Below, piece after piece: positions 60,033 through 64,000 of a DNA stretch of 64,000 nucleotides (positions within the stretch are counted from its first letter, which is position 1; each line of letters begins with the position of its first letter). The notes beneath the pieces were generated by a model, which was not told the origin of the DNA, ran no database searches, and saw nothing but the letters and a program-made list of their open reading frames with translations. Source of the DNA: an uncultured Spirochaetaceae bacterium (lineage in GTDB: Bacteria; Spirochaetota; Spirochaetia; DSM-27196; PWMO01); the NCBI GenBank assembly GCA_964623865.1, contig CAZUVX010000001.1, positions 171,593-235,592 of the forward strand, written 5' to 3'. A program made the position numbers and the translations under genes.

Positions 60033-60646
60033 GCATTGCCAAAGAGTTCCTTACCTACGACACGGTCCGAAACAACGCCATCAAGCTGGCCCATCGGATC
60101 CATTCCGACGGGTTCGTTCCGGATGTCATATACGTGAGTCTCCGTGGAGGCGCGTATCTGGGGAACGTAATCAGCGAGTACTTCAAGGTTGTTCGGACGG
60201 GCCACAGACCGGTCTTCTATGCCGCCGTGGTCGCCCGTTCCTACTCGGACATTCACCGGCGGGAGAAGGTAATGGTGGACGGCTGGACGTACACGCCGGA
60301 ACATCTGCGCAGCGGGGACAAGGTGCTCATTGTAGACGATATCTTCGACTCCGGTCGTACGATCAACCACCTGGTGGACCTGGTTCTCGAACAGGGCATT
60401 CCCCGTCAGGACATTCGCGTCGCAGTCCACGACTACAAGATCCGCTCCTTCGTTCAGGAGACCCTGCCGATCCACCCCGACTACTACTGCCGCAAGCATC
60501 TCGTGACCAAGCCTGAGGAAGACACCTGGGTTCACTATCTCAGTCACGAGATCGTCGGGCTCGGGGAAGAGGAGATCGAGACGCAGTACTCAAGTGACAA
60601 GGAGGTCGTGGCGATTCTTAAAGAGATCAGCTCGTACCGGTCATGA
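60029..60646 (+). CDS. Phosphoribosyltransferase-family protein (purine PRT-like)
   Basis: PRPP-binding motif KVLIVDDIFDSGRT. The GTG start overlaps the htrA stop (GTGA). Confidence 0.75.
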   Translation: MSIAKEFLTYDTVRNNAIKLAHRIHSDGFVPDVIYVSLRGGAYLGNVISEYFKVVRTGHRPVFYAAVVARSYSDIHRREKVMVDGWTYTPEHLRSGDKVLIVDDIFDSGRTINHLVDLVLEQGIPRQDIRVAVHDYKIRSFVQETLPIHPDYYCRKHLVTKPEEDTWVHYLSHEIVGLGEEEIETQYSSDKEVVAILKEISSYRS

Positions 60647-63600
60647 GAACGCGGCGCCATCTCGTACTGATTCTGGTCTTGCTCATGTCGACCTTTGCCG
60701 GCACGGCCCAGGAGTCGGCTGCGACCGACAATCACGAAGGACGTGATACCGACGCATCGGGCGGCTCGGTCTCTTCCTCTTCCCCTTCATCCCAGGATCG
60801 GCCCATACGCTTCTCACCGTCGCCGGGCACCTATGCGGAGACCGTCATGGTCTCGGTGGGTGACGACCGCGGAGCGGAAGCGCCTCGGTTATGGTACCGC
60901 TTTGCCGATGACGACGACGCGGCCTTCCTCCCCCTCGAGGGCGGCATAGTTCTCGGGGAGGTCCCCGGGGTCGCCTATCGCTACACGATCGAGATCGCGG
61001 AGACCGCCGCTTCCGGTCGGACCGCCCCGGACGGCGCCGGGAGCGTGGAGGTTCTCGCCCGGGCGAGTTACGTTGTTGATCCCCGGGTTCCCCCTCCGCC
61101 GGAACCCGACCCGGTGCCGGGGGTGTACCACGACACCGTGCAGCTGAGCCTAACCGGGGCGGAAGGCACCGAGGTGACTTACGCCTTTGCCCGCGATTCG
61201 GGCCCCATGAGGACCTATACCGATCCGGTAACGCTTGCCGCCAGGGAGGGGGAGCGCAGCGAGTACAACGTCATGGCGTACGCCTCATCGGAGGCGGGAC
61301 ACCGGAGCGAGGTCATCCGTGGGCGCTACGTCATTGATGCGACGGGCGCTGCGCGCGGCTCGCCCTCCCTGCGCATTGAAAGCCCGATTTCCGGGACTTT
61401 CGGCAACCGTCAGCTCCTGGTCGTGGAGAGCACCGGAGTCTCGAGGGTTCGCTACACGACCGACGGCAGTGACCCGCTGGAGGGTGGTACCGCTTATGCC
61501 GGTCCGGTACGGTTGGAGCGGACCGGTCCCTACACCGTGCGGGTGGCTGCCACCGGCGCGGACGGCCGCGTCTTGTCGGACGCCGTGGAGGTCACCGTCG
61601 AAGGGCGCGAGCTGCTCGATCTCCCACAAGGCGTCATCACCGAGGACCGGCGCATATCGCCTCCCGGCGGCACCGCCTACTTCACCACCGACGACCGCGC
61701 CCCAACGGCAGGGAGCAACCCCTTCGACAGCCCCATTCCGGTGTCACCCTCCGCCGGCGTGCGCCGCATCCTTCCGGTGCGCGTTCACGTGCCCGAAGGT
61801 GGTGACTTGCCGGCCGGAGCGTATCGATACACCTACGTTCTCGAGGGACGTACGCCGGCACGGCCTGAGGCTATCACCTATCACGGCCCTGAGACCGACG
61901 GCACTCTCCATCTGAGTCTACTCTCCTCTCCCGGCGCGGAAATCCGCTACTCCACCGACGGCTCTCCGCCGCAGCAGGGCCGTCTCTACACGGAGAAGGC
62001 CGCCATTGACCTTCCCTCCGACCGTGATCAGGCGACCATGGTGATGCGCGCAGTGGCGGTCTATTCCGGCACCGTCGAGAGCACTGAGCTCTCCAAAGAG
62101 ATCTCCTTCGACACCCGGTCGCCGGCGCCCCCTTCAGTCTCACTTTCCGGGTCGATGCATACGGCCGTCGCCACGATTGAGGTGTCACGCCCTGCGGGGA
62201 CGGACGTCGTCTATGCAGTCGGCCCTGCCGAGGGGGCAACCCCGGAACCCACGCGGTGGTCTCCGACGGTGCAGGGGGACACCCTTCGAATCCCCGCCCC
62301 TCCCGGAAGCGACCGCGCCGTCACGGTAGCCTTCGCCTCCGTGGACGCCTACGGTAACCGCTCTGCGGAGGTCGAGACCGTGGATCTTCGGCTTGACGGC
62401 AAGGGACCCCCTCCTCCCCGGATCGCAAGGGAGGGACGGCGGCTGGTAATCGAGGGAGAGAACGTCCGGTACTACCTGCGCCGGGATCGTGAGGACCGGG
62501 ACTCGGCGGCCGCCGCCACCTTCGCCGCCTACGATGGTCCGCTCTTTCTCGAGGCGCCCCCGGGGGGGCGAATGGTCCACACGGTTCGCGCCTTCTCGCA
62601 GGACCAGGTGGGAAACCGAAGCGCCCTCGTCTCCGAGCGCGTCGTGAGCGATGCCCGACGGGCCGAATTGCCGGGAAGCCTCGGCGTGGAGGATGGAGGG
62701 CTCTACCGGCGCGCCGTCACATTGCGGAACACCTCCGAAGAGGAGGACTTTCAGGTTCGCTACGCCGTTTCCTTCAGCGATGACGCGGACGAGGAGGTCA
62801 CGGACCCCGGGACTCCCCCTGCGGACACAACCCTGGGGGACGGCGCACTCTTCGACGCACCGGAAGGTGTCGAACGGCGGTATGTCGTCGCCCTTCAACC
62901 CGTCTTTACCAGCACGAACCGAACCGGATCGGTGGAGCTGCTCAGCTTCACCGTCGACCGGAAGCCGCCCCGACCGCCCAGCGTCAACGGAATAGAGGAT
63001 GGTCGGTCCTACGGCTCCGCGGTCTCCTTCACGGTTCAGCCTTCGGGGGAAGGTGATCGTGTGGAGTACCGGCTGACACGGCAGGGTGGGGACGAGGGCG
63101 GTGGCGGAAGCGGGACCGCTTCGGATCCCGGCGCCGCGGGATCCTCTTCGGACTCTTCGTCGGAAGCGTCGCTCGGGGATGAGTGGCTCTCCCTGACCGG
63201 GGGGGACGACCTCAGGCGCGTGGACGTTGCCGTCGGGACGGATCGCATATTCACCCTGTCGGCGCGAAGCGTCGACGCGGCGGGGAACGTTTCCGAGATG
63301 GAAGCGCCGGTCAAGTTCCGGATCGATCGTGCCGAACCGGCGCCGCCGCAAATATCCGTGGACGGCGCCGAACCAACCGACCATGGGCGTTACCTTGCAA
63401 CGGGTGCCGTTACCGTTACCATCGATGCCGAAGGCGCGGAAACCTACTACCGGGTGTCTCGAGACGGTGCCGCTTCACGGGAGCGGGGAGCCCTTTCTCC
63501 TGCAGACCAGCCGTACGAGGGACCCTTCGACGTCGAAGCCGTTGCAGATGAGACCGTGCGAGTTGACATCCAGGCGATGACGCGTGATGCGGTGGGGAAT

Positions 63601-64000
63601 GAGAGTGCCGCGTCGCCGCCGGTGTCGATCACAATCGATCGGCGCCCCCCCGATCCACCCGAGGTGGTCGACGTCACGACGGACGATACCGGGCGTGCGG
63701 GAAGGGTGATCTGGCGTCATGGGAAGGACGCCGTGGTTCGCTATCGCGTTACAGCCGGGGGCGCGGGAGACGGGGAGTTCCGGACGACCCGGCGCATCGG
63801 CAGGTGGCACCTGCCCGACGGAGAGTCCGCGGGACGCCTCGAGTACTACGCCGAGGACCGAGCGGGAAACCGCAGCGGCGTCGCGACGGTCGCGGTGCGG
63901 GGCTTCTCGGCGGCGCCGCGCCCGGAGCTCGCCGGGGTGGATGCAGACGCCGTCTACGGCTCCGCCGTGGTCGTGCAGAACCGTACCGCAACCGGAACCG
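60643..64000 (+). CDS. Giant modular secreted/surface protein, N-terminal 1119+ aa (3' end outside the window)
   Basis: I translated frame 1 by hand from the ATG at 60643 (overlapping the PRT stop, ATGA) to 64000 and found no stop codon. Signal peptide MRTRRHLVLILVLLMSTFAGTAQ. Repeated Y(T/S)TDGS(D/P)P modules are followed by at least 5 Ig-like modules ending D-x-x-G-N-x-S...D-R-x-x-P-x-P-P. Absent from the supplied ORF track. Confidence 0.85.
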   Translation, partial: MRTRRHLVLILVLLMSTFAGTAQESAATDNHEGRDTDASGGSVSSSSPSSQDRPIRFSPSPGTYAETVMVSVGDDRGAEAPRLWYRFADDDDAAFLPLEGGIVLGEVPGVAYRYTIEIAETAASGRTAPDGAGSVEVLARASYVVDPRVPPPPEPDPVPGVYHDTVQLSLTGAEGTEVTYAFARDSGPMRTYTDPVTLAAREGERSEYNVMAYASSEAGHRSEVIRGRYVIDATGAARGSPSLRIESPISGTFGNRQLLVVESTGVSRVRYTTDGSDPLEGGTAYAGPVRLERTGPYTVRVAATGADGRVLSDAVEVTVEGRELLDLPQGVITEDRRISPPGGTAYFTTDDRAPTAGSNPFDSPIPVSPSAGVRRILPVRVHVPEGGDLPAGAYRYTYVLEGRTPARPEAITYHGPETDGTLHLSLLSSPGAEIRYSTDGSPPQQGRLYTEKAAIDLPSDRDQATMVMRAVAVYSGTVESTELSKEISFDTRSPAPPSVSLSGSMHTAVATIEVSRPAGTDVVYAVGPAEGATPEPTRWSPTVQGDTLRIPAPPGSDRAVTVAFASVDAYGNRSAEVETVDLRLDGKGPPPPRIAREGRRLVIEGENVRYYLRRDREDRDSAAAATFAAYDGPLFLEAPPGGRMVHTVRAFSQDQVGNRSALVSERVVSDARRAELPGSLGVEDGGLYRRAVTLRNTSEEEDFQVRYAVSFSDDADEEVTDPGTPPADTTLGDGALFDAPEGVERRYVVALQPVFTSTNRTGSVELLSFTVDRKPPRPPSVNGIEDGRSYGSAVSFTVQPSGEGDRVEYRLTRQGGDEGGGGSGTASDPGAAGSSSDSSSEASLGDEWLSLTGGDDLRRVDVAVGTDRIFTLSARSVDAAGNVSEMEAPVKFRIDRAEPAPPQISVDGAEPTDHGRYLATGAVTVTIDAEGAETYYRVSRDGAASRERGALSPADQPYEGPFDVEAVADETVRVDIQAMTRDAVGNESAASPPVSITIDRRPPDPPEVVDVTTDDTGRAGRVIWRHGKDAVVRYRVTAGGAGDGEFRTTRRIGRWHLPDGESAGRLEYYAEDRAGNRSGVATVAVRGFSAAPRPELAGVDADAVYGSAVVVQNRTATGT

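Overview
GC-rich bacterial chromosomal segment (GC judged by eye, not computed). I support about 60 protein-coding genes and found no rRNA, tRNA, CRISPR array, transposase or integrase. Gene content and local synteny suggest a diderm spirochaete-like organism; this is inference only. The evidence is a 7-gene V-type ATPase operon (E/DUF2764/A/B/D/I/K), uvrA directly followed by a giant LptD/OstA-like outer-membrane protein, and many TPR proteins and lipoproteins.

Layout:
- 1-10.3 kb: the only accessory-looking region. It holds the 3' end of a xanthine-dehydrogenase-family gene, an NCS2 nucleobase permease, and a TetR-associated cluster (orphan 245-aa protein, TetR, fused double 'cyclase' amidohydrolase, DUF1116/YlbE-like, FdrA-like, 60-aa peptide). 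It has AT-rich consensus promoters and related inverted-repeat operators.
- 10.4-16.7 kb: ilvB-ilvN-leuC-leuD-ilvD on the minus strand.
- 17-20.5 kb: MOP-like transporter, phytoene/squalene-synthase-family enzyme, polyprenyl synthase.
- 20.4-23 kb: pdxS/pdxT and a YggS-family gene.
- 23-31 kb: rluD-like gene, pentapeptide-repeat + degenerate MBL pair, Cys-rich small protein, murI, mutS2, lipoprotein.
- 31-38.4 kb: V-ATPase operon.
- 38.4-60.6 kb: housekeeping genes (uvrA, lptD-like, phoH-ybeY-corC, pgk-tpiA-secG, J-domain protein, SurA-like PPIase, nusB, map, htrA, a PRT).
- 60,643 to the window end: a giant modular surface protein of at least 1119 aa. It is absent from the supplied ORF track because it has no stop codon inside the window.

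The most interesting items are the TetR/FdrA/DUF1116/double-cyclase cluster with its shared operator motif, the giant surface protein, and several perfect short tandem duplications in operon spacers and at the 3' end of murI. Most long ORFs antisense to these genes are GC-driven shadow ORFs. All family assignments come from motif recognition by eye; no database search was possible.
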